From a bacterium (GTDB lineage: Bacteria; Patescibacteriota; Patescibacteriia; Patescibacteriales; UBA12465): a stretch of 64,000 nt of DNA. The stretch's first letter is position 1; every line of letters begins with the position of its first letter. Where the stretch lies: the NCBI GenBank assembly GCA_030696105.1, contig JAUYNJ010000004.1, forward strand, positions 77,872-141,871, read 5' to 3'. The position numbers and the translations under genes were made by a program. The notes under the pieces were generated by a model, which was given only the letters and a program-made list of their open reading frames with translations, did not search any database and had not been told where the DNA came from. Below, piece after piece: positions 1 through 9,909 of the stretch.

Positions 1-56
1 CATAAGTTATATCTTAATATATATACCCTTATTTTATCGTGTTTTCAGTTTCTTGG

Positions 57-91
57 CAAAACAAAAACACCCCGCCGAAATGGCGGAGTGT
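57..91 (-). terminator. Rho-independent terminator after the SIMPL-domain gene
   Basis: On the minus strand, a 10-bp stem ACACTCCGCC/GGCGGGGTGT is followed by TTTTGTTTT. Confidence 0.7.
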
Positions 92-107
92 TGTACACTG
101 AAATATA

Positions 108-845
108 TTATTTAACTTCGTAAACTAGTGTCACCTCAACCCTAATTTCGTTCTGTCCGGTTTGAATGCTTGGGGCTTCGAGTTTCATAGCTTGATCAGC
201 TGCCATCTCCAAACGGGCATTTGCATACATTGGTTGCGGCATGGGTGCGTCATAACTTTCGTAAACGCTTTTTACCTTGCCCAACTCGAGTCCCGCCTGT
301 GCAGCGATGAGCTCTGCTTTTTCTTTAGCTTTTTCAATAGCTAATTCTCTAGCCTGATTCTTTAATGCAAATTCATCATCGATAGTGAAATTTACGTTAT
401 CGATTTGATTCGCGCCCTGTTCAGTGGTTTTCGCAATTACATCGCCAATTTTGGCTAAATCACGTACCTTAATACTAACGTTCTGGGAAATTTCATAACC
501 CATCAAGACTTGTCCGCGACCTTCGAACCAGTTATACACTGGGCGCAAGGAATAGTCGGCGGTTTTGATGTCTTTTTCCTCAATACCGAGATCAGTCAGA
601 CTCTTAATGATGTTATTCATCTTAGTCGTGCTGTCAGCGGTCGCCTCCGCGGCGGTCTTTTTAGCTTCAGTCTTTAAGCCAACGGTGATGTTAGCAATGT
701 CAGCCTTAGCATAAACAACACCACTACCGCTCACTGAGAAACGGTCTTCATTATTACTTTTCTTTTCTAAGGCCATTGAAACAATGGCGACGCCAGCCAC
801 GGCGAGAATGCCGAGAGCTGCTAAGAAGATTTGTCCTTTTTTCAT
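108..845 (-). CDS. SIMPL/DUF541-family secreted protein (26-kDa periplasmic immunogenic protein-like)
   Basis: 245-aa ORF with an N-terminal signal/anchor. The sequence pattern SGVVYAKADIANITVGL...YEISQNVSIKVRDL...ANQIDNVNF is typical of SIMPL domains. Confidence 0.75.
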   Translation of the reverse strand: MKKGQIFLAALGILAVAGVAIVSMALEKKSNNEDRFSVSGSGVVYAKADIANITVGLKTEAKKTAAEATADSTTKMNNIIKSLTDLGIEEKDIKTADYSLRPVYNWFEGRGQVLMGYEISQNVSIKVRDLAKIGDVIAKTTEQGANQIDNVNFTIDDEFALKNQARELAIEKAKEKAELIAAQAGLELGKVKSVYESYDAPMPQPMYANARLEMAADQAMKLEAPSIQTGQNEIRVEVTLVYEVK

Positions 846-912
846 ATAGTTATATTAAAATTATTTGTTTCACCTACTATAATAACGGCTTAAATACGAT
901 AAAGTAACAAGC

Positions 913-2301
913 CTAGAAGAGCTGTGCCTTAACCACAATCGCACTAAAGACCGCAAAGAAAGCAATAATGACGTAAATGATAGCGCTACGCCAGGCTTTT
1001 GGTTGAAACTCCTTGGCTAAAGCCTTCCGGTTGAGGATGTTTACAAGGATAATGTGAATTAACATCGCGAAGGCATTAATGACCGCGCCTAAAACAATTA
1101 AAGTCTTTGGTTCATAGAAATTGAATAAGAACAGGGTAATACCAAAGGCGATTTGTGACCAGATAAAGATGTAGTAAAGACGCGAGAGTTTAATGCGATT
1201 ATTCTTTGTCTTACGCATTTTGATAATCGCGGCGTTCTCCGACATAATGCGGCTGGTTGAGTCCATAATTCCGAGCTGAGTCTGAAATAGCATAATGCCA
1301 ACAACGAAGAGGAAGAGGGAGCCGACAAAGGGAGTAATTAACTTAGAAATCTGTAAGCCTTCACTGATAACAAAATTAATTCCCTGCGCGTTCCCCGCTA
1401 AACCATAGACAGTATTATAGGCGAGGAACATAAGCATTATCATCGAAATGCTCCCAATCAACCAAAACACAAGCAGATGCTCCCAGTTAATGAGACGCCA
1501 CCACTTTTTAAAGGTATTAATATTCTCGGCTGTCACCGCAAAATTCTCACCCTCCAACTTAATTGCCGGCACCTCGCCCTTATGAGCGAAGAGTCCAGTA
1601 ATTTTTTGTGAATAAAAACCCATGCCGTAGCCTTTTTCTTTGATGTAAATTGACTGCGTTAAATTTAAATTGCCACCCGCCCCGGAATAGGCAAAGGCGC
1701 CAAGGAAAGTCGCAATCGCAATGCCAGGGGCAAGAAACCAAAAGCCCTCACCGCGGCCAATTAAACCTGAGGCGAGCACCGGCCAACTTTCAGGAGTACT
1801 AAGATACACAGCGAGAATAAATATAAAGGGTACACCAATAAATATAACAATCTTAGTAATTTTCTCCATCAACTTGTAAATGACTCGTCCAAAGGTAAGA
1901 ATAAAACCGATAAGCAGTAATAAACCAATCGCCAGCCACTTAAAGCTCGCTAGCCCAAAGACGTGGGCGAATACTTGAGCTGAAGCCGCAACAATGCCTG
2001 GCAATCCGAAGCCGATAAAAGTAGAAAGGATAAACCAATAAGCAGCAGAGGGCAAAAAGCGAGCAATGCCGACAAATACGCTTTCCCCCTTAACTAAAGC
2101 GTAGCGCTCGATTTCCATATTAATAAAAAACTGGAAAGTAATGCCAAGCAAAGCTCCCCAGGCGACACCGAGACCGTAGTTTGAAACGAGGTAAGGCCAA
2201 AGAATAATTTCACCAGACCCGAGACCAAGTGCAAGAATAACGAAACTGGGTCCCAACATTTGTCTTAAGCGAAGGGGTAAGGGAAATTTTTTCAAAGCCA
2301 T
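913..2301 (-). CDS. Nramp-like (LeuT-fold) polytopic membrane transporter
   Basis: Start moved to the internal Met (MALKKFPLPL). There are about 11 hydrophobic segments. The N-terminal LGLGSGEIILWPY resembles Nramp-related transporters, but the canonical DPGN motif is absent. Confidence 0.55.
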   Translation of the reverse strand: MALKKFPLPLRLRQMLGPSFVILALGLGSGEIILWPYLVSNYGLGVAWGALLGITFQFFINMEIERYALVKGESVFVGIARFLPSAAYWFILSTFIGFGLPGIVAASAQVFAHVFGLASFKWLAIGLLLLIGFILTFGRVIYKLMEKITKIVIFIGVPFIFILAVYLSTPESWPVLASGLIGRGEGFWFLAPGIAIATFLGAFAYSGAGGNLNLTQSIYIKEKGYGMGFYSQKITGLFAHKGEVPAIKLEGENFAVTAENINTFKKWWRLINWEHLLVFWLIGSISMIMLMFLAYNTVYGLAGNAQGINFVISEGLQISKLITPFVGSLFLFVVGIMLFQTQLGIMDSTSRIMSENAAIIKMRKTKNNRIKLSRLYYIFIWSQIAFGITLFLFNFYEPKTLIVLGAVINAFAMLIHIILVNILNRKALAKEFQPKAWRSAIIYVIIAFFAVFSAIVVKAQLF

Positions 2302-2398
2302 AAGTTTTAGTTTATAAATTATAAGGTAATTATACCAAGACTGAACAGAAATACAAAATAAAAAAGCCGTTTCGATAATCGAAACGGCCATAAGTGTC

Positions 2399-2980
2399 TC
2401 ACAATAAGAACGCGTGCATCGGACTTAATTCCGGCGAATATTTTGTGTGCCGCTTGATGGCGGCCAGCACCGCTTTGTTTGCGTAATTGCGGAAATGCGC
2501 AATCAGAGCGTTATTACTCGCAATTGAGGGAAAAACAGTAATCACACCAAGAGCCGGTGGAGACTCTTTGGGCATATTACTTTTATCCTCAAGCAGAAGG
2601 CGGACTAATTCAGTTCCGGCGCTCGATAACACCGTGCTCTTGAACAAAATGGGAACTGAAAAATTCTGTTTCATGAGCAGCCCTGTCTTCAGTAAGAATT
2701 TTTTAAATCCAAAATCATCAATGGCATCATAAAGCAGTTCTTTGTCCTCGCTTTTTAAAGCCTCGAGTACAACTCGCTCGTAAGGGCGAAGATCGTTATC
2801 GTCTACGTCCGCAAGTTTGACTGCAAAGGAGTTCGAGTTCGCGCCGGTGAGAACAATTAAGTTCCGTTCGTACAATTCAATCAACACGGCGGTAATGGCG
2901 TTGGCTGTATTCCATTTCTCATGTTTGGCAAAACAGAGCAAGAAGTACAGTTCGACCGGGCGGAGCGTCATTTTTTTCAT
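2399..2980 (-). CDS. hypothetical protein (weak GPP34/GOLPH3-like look)
   Basis: ORF with its start at MKKMTLRP, downstream of a TTGACA-17-TATTTT promoter. No confident family assignment. Confidence 0.5.
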   Translation of the reverse strand: MKKMTLRPVELYFLLCFAKHEKWNTANAITAVLIELYERNLIVLTGANSNSFAVKLADVDDNDLRPYERVVLEALKSEDKELLYDAIDDFGFKKFLLKTGLLMKQNFSVPILFKSTVLSSAGTELVRLLLEDKSNMPKESPPALGVITVFPSIASNNALIAHFRNYANKAVLAAIKRHTKYSPELSPMHAFLL

Positions 2981-3132
2981 CGTGCAGGATTTAGGATGTG
3001 AAACAATATTTTTAAAGGGCAACAGATAAAAATAACAAAATATGTAAATCTTGTCAAGTCTTTATTAACACACGATTCTCTTCTCTAAATACTATTATTA
3101 TGTTACCTTAAAGATAAATAGATATCTACAAT

Positions 3133-3570
3133 ATGAAATTACTTAAAGAATTTAAAGAGTTTGCCGTTAAGGGCAATGTCGTTGATTTAGCCACTGCCGT
3201 CATTATTGGTGGTGCTTTTGGTAAAATTGTCTCCTCGCTCGTGGCTGATATTATTATGCCACTTGTCGGCATTTTCACGGGTGGAAACAACTTTAGTGGC
3301 TGGAAGATTGTCTTGCGCCCGGAAGATACCAACGCAGCCGGCGAAATAACAAAAGCCGCTCTTAGTCTTAACGCTGGCACCTTCGTCCAAAACATCGTCG
3401 ACTTCCTCATTATTGCTGCGTCCGTGTTTTTGATGGTCAAAGTTCTTCTGAAGGTTAAGAGTCGCTTCCAGCGTGAAGAAGAAAAGAAGGAGGAAGTGAA
3501 AGCCGTAGAACCAAGCGCCGAAGAAAAGCTACTTACAGAGATTAGAGATATACTTAAAGAAGGACTCTAG
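3133..3570 (+). CDS. mscL: large-conductance mechanosensitive channel MscL
   Basis: EFKEFAVKGNVVDLATAVIIGGAFGKIVSSLVADIIMP is the canonical MscL N-terminus/TM1. The 145-aa length also fits. Confidence 0.95.
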   Translation: MKLLKEFKEFAVKGNVVDLATAVIIGGAFGKIVSSLVADIIMPLVGIFTGGNNFSGWKIVLRPEDTNAAGEITKAALSLNAGTFVQNIVDFLIIAASVFLMVKVLLKVKSRFQREEEKKEEVKAVEPSAEEKLLTEIRDILKEGL

Positions 3571-3589
3571 TTAAAACATTATAGAATAA

Positions 3590-3625
3590 TAAAAGAGACT
3601 CTCAAGTGAGAGCCTCTTTTTGTTT
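3590..3625. terminator. bidirectional terminator between convergent mscL and the 1277-aa gene
   Basis: Imperfect palindrome AGAGACTCTCAAGTGAGAGCCTCT flanked by an A-run and a T-run. Confidence 0.65.
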
Positions 3626-3653
3626 ATTCACTACTTAGCCTCCCAAATATAAT

Positions 3654-6600
3654 TCAGATTATTCTGATACGCATAAGCGTTACTAAGCACATGATTATTA
3701 ACAAATTTACTTTTCTCTCCTGTCCGGATCTATCCTTCAAGCAAGACTGCTCAAGACTTTGCTGAAATAAGCCTGCTCTATTGGTAGAGTGTCCGTGCCT
3801 TTTATCAACTAACACCGCCTTAAAGCCATTTTCTTCCGCAAAATGTGATATTCGCGCAGTTATTGCTTGATATATTTTTTTGGCTGAAACCTCAGAAACA
3901 AGACTCACGGCTGGATTAGGACAATATAAAAGATATTTACCATCTGGCTCATCCATCTGTAAGAGCATGGTTGTGCCCACATTTTTCTTTTTCTCCTGAT
4001 CAAAGAGCACAAATTCAAAATAATTTGTATTCTCAAGCATTTTAGGATCCTTCCCAATACAAATATCTCCCACCATGCGAGCGTGAGCATTTTCTTTATT
4101 TTTGGAAAAGAATCCTGTGATAACTCGATTTTTCTTTAACTTAGTTTCGTTTTTAGTCGAGTCAACTTCTTTTATATCCTCATATTTACCTACTTCCTCT
4201 TGCAAACGATTATAGATTGTCGCCTGCATCGCTTGGACTTTTTGAGTATCAATACAATTCTCCTTATCAATTGCAAAAAGCTCATCAATTTGTTGCTTCC
4301 AAACGTCACTGAAGTCAACCCAATCATTACCTTCAAATAGTGAGGCAAAGTCTTGCGCTCTTTTAATAATACTTTCGTGACCCTGAAAAATATTCTTAAT
4401 TGTTTTTTCAACTTTTTTTCTAATTAGCGCCGTATCAATCTTATCTTTCGGTACCTTATTTAAGTCCTCAATAATTACACTCAAAGCTGCTTCGTATTTT
4501 TTTTCATATTTATCAATAAATGAAGTGGAAAACAATTCCCTATCCTCGCTATTTGCAACTTTACCTTGAATACTGCGAATCGTTTCTTTCATGTTATCTC
4601 CATACTGATTCGCGAGCTCATCTAACATAATATAGTTTTTCGAGACCTGATCCTCCTCACTCGAAACCCGGTCCGCTGAAGCATTATAAAAGTCATCGAA
4701 CGACCCTAGCAGTTGATAGGCTAATAATACATTCATTGTATCAACTGAATATCCATTCGTCTTAAAGTAGTCGAGAATTTTACCCTCCAAAGTCCTCGCT
4801 TTTGAGTTATTAATATTGGCGTCAAGAAAACCGTGAAGCTTCCCCGCTTCAGCTAAATCTTTAACTTCTTCAATTCGTTTCGAAAATTCTGCCAGCAGGG
4901 CTTCGTTGGCCTGAGTTCCTGTTTTTAACTTATAACCCAAGACTCCAGATAAACGAATTTCATAACCTTTTTTTTCAAAAGTATACCTATCTAAATCCGT
5001 ACTGCGGTCAATATATTTGTCTAAACTCTCATATGAATTATGGTTACGTGATGGATAAACCTGTTCTAATATATAGCGATAATATTCTTGTCTGTCGTTA
5101 AAATTAGCCGGTATATTTTGCGCTACTGTTGTAATATCTTGCTTTATTACCTCAATAAACTCCTCCTTTTCTTCGCTTGTGCCACCATTAAGAAACTTAT
5201 CAGTATAGGCTAAAACAATATTTTTATCCAAGGCTATGTCTGTACGTTTTATGGCTTCGTTTGAGACTGAAACCAATCGTTCTAATAACTCCGCCGCATT
5301 TTCTGATTTAGCAACCTTAACTACGAACTCCTTACGTAGATTAATCGTTTCTGTCGGTAATGCTGCCGCTTTTTCAACTGCCGTTCTATCCAACAAATAT
5401 GCTGGCACTTCAATACGTTGAGCAATTTTATTTATTCTGTCATAAACTTGCATGAGTGCTATATAATAATCATCATTATGTGCAGCCGAATTGAGTTCTG
5501 CTTTACTTATTTTGATAATTGCGTCTTTGACTTCCTTTGTGTTCAGAAAACTATCGCTCAAAGGAAATGCTTCAATAATGTCTGCAATAACAAATAAATA
5601 ATCTCCTTGAACTGCTTTTAAGAAACCCTCCCTGGCTGTCTCAAGGTGCTTTTCCGCTAGCTGTTGCTTTAAGTGTGGAAAAGTCATCAGAAAATTACAA
5701 GCCCAATCAAGGCGATCGTGATCGAACATCTTTTTAGTAACCGCATCCATTAAAATATTATCAATGACTGCCGGCGCAATCGGTATCGTTTTTAAAATAG
5801 ATGCCGCATACTTTCCATCCTGGTAACCAGTAATTCCGTCTTTTATTTCCTCAATAGCTGCTGCCTGTACCTCTGGCTTGCGAACAAACTCTGCCGATAA
5901 ACTAAACTGCTTTGCGTTTTTAAAAATGAATGAATAATCCCCTCTATTAATTAGATTTGCAGCGATATCATCGTCCAAACCCGAAAAAGCTTCGACTTTT
6001 TTCTCAAGATAAGGCAAGTTATCTCTGTTTAAAATATTTTTAAACTCAGGGGCCTTAAGAGAATTTGAGGGGAATTTATCTAAATAAGCTGAGACCAAGT
6101 AGCCGTCTCCCTTAGCAATTAATTTTTGGGCATATTCCCGCGCATCTGGTTCTTTCATTAAGTCAATAATCAGATGTTCCTGGCTATTGTTTTTTGCTTG
6201 CGTAATAAAGAAATCATAATCCTCTGCGGCAATCTTAGCCAGCTCTTCTCGTGCGCCGTATATACCAAGAACTAAGGCTGTTCGTCCCGAAGAATAGAGC
6301 TCTCTAACATAATTACTGTATTCGTCCTGCTTGTAGGTCAGTTCTACGAGTTTGTGTATAGCTGCCTCATCTTCCGGGTAGGATACTACGTTTTGTTTAT
6401 CATCATAAAATTTTGCCAAACCCTCTGCGAAGCCGTACGTTTTGTGACTATTCTTCCGGATGACGTCAATATATATATCCTTAACTCCTTGGCTGAGGTC
6501 ACTATTAATAACAAGCCTAAGCGCAGCAAGGGCATCACAGCGTCCTGATTTCAAAATAAGTTCCAATCCGCCGTCAAATTTGTCATAGTGTTTTAGGCAG

Positions 6601-7487
6601 AGATCTGAGCGATCACAGGCTATTAGATGTTTCAAAGTCTCAACACTATACTTGCCGGCTGGTCCTTTCTCTAGGGCGTCAGCGATGGCATAATAATCTC
6701 CTTTGCCAGTTAAGGCGATTAATAAGGAGTCAGGCACGCCTTCAATTGATTGCTTTGAGATACGTAATCGACCAAAATCATCGTTTAAAAATTGTGACCG
6801 CAGATTAGTACTTAAAATAACATCAATCTCTTCTTCTGAGAATCCCTCGCCATTCCGGAAAAGATAGCGATGTAAATCACCGAAATTAAGACTACCAATA
6901 TTACTTGAGGACCACTTTTTAAAGTCAAAATCATCCCCAGCATGAAGCAAGGCAATCTGGGCTCTTCTCACCTGCTCTCGGTCTATGTTCTTAGGCGCTT
7001 TGTCCATTCTCGCCTCTGTCGTTAACTGATATAAACGTGAGAATAGAACTTTTTTCATCTCTTCAAGGACCTCAAGGGGCTCTTTTATCTTTGGCGCTTC
7101 TTGCGCGTGCGCGCTTCTCACCGCTTCATATAATTCGGTAAACGCTTCAACCTGATCACCTGTATCCCCTAAATTTATAATTTCCAGCATCTCGACTATT
7201 AAGGCTTCAGTTTTATTAAGCTTCTCTTCCGCGCCTACAAATAGCTCAGCGGCCTCTTCATTCACGTTTTCTAGCTCATTTTCAAAATCAATATCATCCT
7301 TTATCTCTGCAATTTCTTCCTGACTAAGGTGAGTTGCTTGTTTCTCAATAACTTCTGCTTCCTTGTCGAGACTATGAAAAAAAGAAAATAACTGATTAAT
7401 TTTATCTTTGAATTTAGTCGTTTCATTTTTAACAGCGCTATCTTCTTTAACGCCTTCCTGAACAAGGCTTTTTTCAAATTTGTTCAT
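3654..7487 (-). CDS. 1277-aa acidic alpha-helical repeat protein, function unknown
   Basis: Longest ORF in the window. It has no signal peptide or TM segment. It carries a recurring degenerate motif, basic-G-D-Y-aromatic...A..L (KGDYYAIADAL, KGDGYLVSAYL, RGDYSFIFKNA, QGDYLFVIADI). The C-terminal ~200 aa form a distinct domain (GDICIG...YFEFVLFD...HGHSTNRAG). Confidence 0.8.
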   Translation of the reverse strand: MNKFEKSLVQEGVKEDSAVKNETTKFKDKINQLFSFFHSLDKEAEVIEKQATHLSQEEIAEIKDDIDFENELENVNEEAAELFVGAEEKLNKTEALIVEMLEIINLGDTGDQVEAFTELYEAVRSAHAQEAPKIKEPLEVLEEMKKVLFSRLYQLTTEARMDKAPKNIDREQVRRAQIALLHAGDDFDFKKWSSSNIGSLNFGDLHRYLFRNGEGFSEEEIDVILSTNLRSQFLNDDFGRLRISKQSIEGVPDSLLIALTGKGDYYAIADALEKGPAGKYSVETLKHLIACDRSDLCLKHYDKFDGGLELILKSGRCDALAALRLVINSDLSQGVKDIYIDVIRKNSHKTYGFAEGLAKFYDDKQNVVSYPEDEAAIHKLVELTYKQDEYSNYVRELYSSGRTALVLGIYGAREELAKIAAEDYDFFITQAKNNSQEHLIIDLMKEPDAREYAQKLIAKGDGYLVSAYLDKFPSNSLKAPEFKNILNRDNLPYLEKKVEAFSGLDDDIAANLINRGDYSFIFKNAKQFSLSAEFVRKPEVQAAAIEEIKDGITGYQDGKYAASILKTIPIAPAVIDNILMDAVTKKMFDHDRLDWACNFLMTFPHLKQQLAEKHLETAREGFLKAVQGDYLFVIADIIEAFPLSDSFLNTKEVKDAIIKISKAELNSAAHNDDYYIALMQVYDRINKIAQRIEVPAYLLDRTAVEKAAALPTETINLRKEFVVKVAKSENAAELLERLVSVSNEAIKRTDIALDKNIVLAYTDKFLNGGTSEEKEEFIEVIKQDITTVAQNIPANFNDRQEYYRYILEQVYPSRNHNSYESLDKYIDRSTDLDRYTFEKKGYEIRLSGVLGYKLKTGTQANEALLAEFSKRIEEVKDLAEAGKLHGFLDANINNSKARTLEGKILDYFKTNGYSVDTMNVLLAYQLLGSFDDFYNASADRVSSEEDQVSKNYIMLDELANQYGDNMKETIRSIQGKVANSEDRELFSTSFIDKYEKKYEAALSVIIEDLNKVPKDKIDTALIRKKVEKTIKNIFQGHESIIKRAQDFASLFEGNDWVDFSDVWKQQIDELFAIDKENCIDTQKVQAMQATIYNRLQEEVGKYEDIKEVDSTKNETKLKKNRVITGFFSKNKENAHARMVGDICIGKDPKMLENTNYFEFVLFDQEKKKNVGTTMLLQMDEPDGKYLLYCPNPAVSLVSEVSAKKIYQAITARISHFAEENGFKAVLVDKRHGHSTNRAGLFQQSLEQSCLKDRSGQERKVNLLIIMCLVTLMRIRII

Positions 7488-7639
7488 AAAAAAAATAAAT
7501 ATTCTTTGTCTGTTAAAATATCGCTGTGTACTTTCTTTATTTCCGCCTCCACGACTCTACGTCTGAATAATGCAAATAAACTAATCTTGCGACGAGTTAA
7601 GTATTCTAGCTGCTTAATTACAAAAAATAATGACTTCAT
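7484..7639 (-). CDS. 51-codon upstream ORF overlapping the start of the 1277-aa gene by ATGA
   Basis: Found by manual translation: MKSLFFVIKQLEYLTRRKISLFALFRRRVVEAEIKKVHSDILTDKEYLFFL. Its TGA stop overlaps the ATG of the large gene. It is preceded by an extended -10 element TGATATAAT. No SD sequence is present. Confidence 0.3.
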   Translation of the reverse strand: MKSLFFVIKQLEYLTRRKISLFALFRRRVVEAEIKKVHSDILTDKEYLFFL

Positions 7640-7731
7640 GTTAATAATATGCTATACGGTGATTATATCATAACAATACATAAAAGGCGCTATAAAAGCG
7701 CCTCCTGAGGTATAATTGACTTGAAATCTTC

Positions 7732-8076
7732 TTACTTAGACCCATCAGCGACTCTATCGAAAACGAAATTAATCAGAGCGAGCAGAAGACTGAACAGGAA
7801 AGCATTTAAAAAGCCCCCAACCTGAAAACCCGGGGTAATGCCTGAGGCGAGCATGATGATTAAGGCGTTAATAACGAGCGTAAACAGGCCGAGGGTAAGG
7901 ATGTTAATCGGTAGAGTTAAAAGAATTAACAGGGGCTTGATGAGTAAATTAAGCACACCGAGAACAACAGCCAGAACTAAGGCCGCCCAAAATCCAGACA
8001 GACCAACACCAGGCAAAATATAGGCAGCAATGAGAATTGCGACCGCCGAAACGAGCCACTGAATAAATAAATTCAT
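7732..8076 (-). CDS. DUF360 / phage-holin-4-like small membrane protein (YvlD-like)
   Basis: 114 aa with 4 hydrophobic helices. The sequence pattern AAYILPG...LNLLIKPLL..LTLPI..LTLGLF..VINA is typical of this family. Confidence 0.75.
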   Translation of the reverse strand: MNLFIQWLVSAVAILIAAYILPGVGLSGFWAALVLAVVLGVLNLLIKPLLILLTLPINILTLGLFTLVINALIIMLASGITPGFQVGGFLNAFLFSLLLALINFVFDRVADGSK

Positions 8077-8147
8077 ATGATTAGTAATTATAAAATTATA
8101 CTATATTGTAGCGTAAATTTAAGGAAAATGATGTAATTGTCAACTTT

Positions 8148-8594
8148 TTATGCCTTCCTTTTCATTGCCGTTTTTTTCTTTGCAACCACTGACTTCTTCT
8201 TTGCTGTTACCGGCTTCTTAGTAACTGCTGGCTTCTTAGCCGCGGTCTCCTTGATAGAGTTAGTACTTGAAGCGCGGAAAGTCTCCCAGTGACTTTTCAG
8301 CTCCTTTGCCAGACTCTTAATCTCAGCTGGACTAGACTTCATCTGTCGCGCATACTTTGCGGCAACCATATCAATAAGCGCATCATAGGCTGGCTGAGAA
8401 ACAATGCGGGCTTTCTCTAAGCCCTCAATCACGTCCGCTTTCATCTTAATCGCCCACGACTTTGTCTGCTGACGATTTTGCTTGCCACGAGGACCTAATA
8501 AGAAATAGGCCGCCGCCGCCAAACCGACGAGGCTTGTTCCAATCAAACCGTACTGCATCGCCTTGTTATTGTCTGCTACTTTTTTGACCGCCAT
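8148..8594 (-). CDS. YtxH-like membrane-anchored protein with a Lys-rich tail
   Basis: N-terminal TM segment followed by LLGPRGKQNR (YtxH-like). C-terminal AAKKPAVTKKPVTAKKK low-complexity tail. Confidence 0.5.
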   Translation of the reverse strand: MAVKKVADNNKAMQYGLIGTSLVGLAAAAYFLLGPRGKQNRQQTKSWAIKMKADVIEGLEKARIVSQPAYDALIDMVAAKYARQMKSSPAEIKSLAKELKSHWETFRASSTNSIKETAAKKPAVTKKPVTAKKKSVVAKKKTAMKRKA

Positions 8595-8689
8595 ACATTT
8601 ATTTAAAATTAATTTCGAAATGATTTAATCGCAAATAAGATTATAGCATTTTTTTGCGCAAACTGCAACGGTTTTTTCCTCTAATTTAA

Positions 8690-9901
8690 TTATTTATCAA
8701 GCTCTTCTCGCCAAGTTTGGGTCTCTGTTAAAAATTTTTCTTTCATCTCTGCACTGAGTGCCTTGCCTGGTGGCATTACCTCAGCGAGCGAATTTACTTT
8801 CACGCCATTTTTCACCATTTCATAATGAAGATGCGGGCCGGTAGAAAATCCGGTAGAACCAACGTAGCCAATAATATCACCCTGCTTCACTTTATTCCCC
8901 TTCTTCACAGCCATCCGCGACATGTGCGCGTAATTGGTTGTATAGGTGCCGTTATGACGCACACTCACCATATACCCATATGAACCGTTCCAACCAGCAG
9001 ACAAAATTGTACCGTCACCAACAGAGCGTATTGGCGTTCCCGCGGAAGCCGCGTAATCAATCGCGCGATGCCCTGTCGAAACGTTGAAGGCCTCGACGTA
9101 ACGCATGCCAGTGGTGAAGCCGGAAGAAATATATTTAAAGGCAATTGGCGCTTTTAAAAACATCTTCTGCGCCGAGTTGCCGTCTTCATCAAAGTATTCC
9201 GTATTATCATCATCGCCGTCGAAATAATATGAAGTATAGCGCTTCCCTTCATTTACATACTTGCCAGCCAGTACCCGACCAGGGCGAACATATTCGCCAT
9301 CGAGATATCTTTCTTCGTAAATAAAGCGAAAAGTATCACCAACCCGAGGGTCCATCGCGAAATCAATTGTCCACTGAAAAATATCAGCTAAGCCAATAAT
9401 CGCCCGCTCATCGATATTTTGTCGCATCGCATCCTCATATAGTGAAGATGTAATTTCCCCTTCCTTAGTGACAATTTTTACCTCATACGGAATCGGGCGT
9501 AGCTCGGCTTGAAAAGTATCGTTGGTGCGTACAACCGATAGCTCCTCTTCGGTGTCTATTTTGTATACTAATTCACGAAACTCGCCATCGCTATATCCGT
9601 ATATTAATTCGAGCTCATATCCAGCCCGTATCTGAGCCAGGTCATAATGCTTTTTAGCGGCCTCATATATCTTAGTACTGTGCTGACTGATGTTCGTTCG
9701 CGCCATCACGACGCCATAGGTATCACCTGCTTCAATGGCAACCACCTCTTTCTTTATTTCCGGAATCACCGGTGAGGCAGAAGCTTCTAAGGTAAGCTCT
9801 TCAGAACCACCGCGAGAGTCATGGTTAAAAAGTACAAAAATACCGGCAAGCAATAATAAGCCGCCGATAATTATATAAATTATAGGTTTTTTTATAGTCA
9901 T
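8690..9901 (-). CDS. M23 family metallopeptidase (peptidoglycan endopeptidase)
   Basis: HRAIDYA (HxxxD) and GPHLHYE (HxH) motifs, plus an N-terminal membrane anchor. Confidence 0.9.
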   Translation of the reverse strand: MTIKKPIIYIIIGGLLLLAGIFVLFNHDSRGGSEELTLEASASPVIPEIKKEVVAIEAGDTYGVVMARTNISQHSTKIYEAAKKHYDLAQIRAGYELELIYGYSDGEFRELVYKIDTEEELSVVRTNDTFQAELRPIPYEVKIVTKEGEITSSLYEDAMRQNIDERAIIGLADIFQWTIDFAMDPRVGDTFRFIYEERYLDGEYVRPGRVLAGKYVNEGKRYTSYYFDGDDDNTEYFDEDGNSAQKMFLKAPIAFKYISSGFTTGMRYVEAFNVSTGHRAIDYAASAGTPIRSVGDGTILSAGWNGSYGYMVSVRHNGTYTTNYAHMSRMAVKKGNKVKQGDIIGYVGSTGFSTGPHLHYEMVKNGVKVNSLAEVMPPGKALSAEMKEKFLTETQTWREELDK

Positions 9902-9909
9902 GGGGTTGA

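Noticed and set aside
1098-4411. Nested or overlapping small ORFs from the track, for example 1098-1328, 2487-2732, 3126-3440, 3905-4090 and 4190-4411.
   Set aside because: They lie inside or antisense to longer, better-supported genes (the transporter, mscL and the 1277-aa gene) and have no independent signals.
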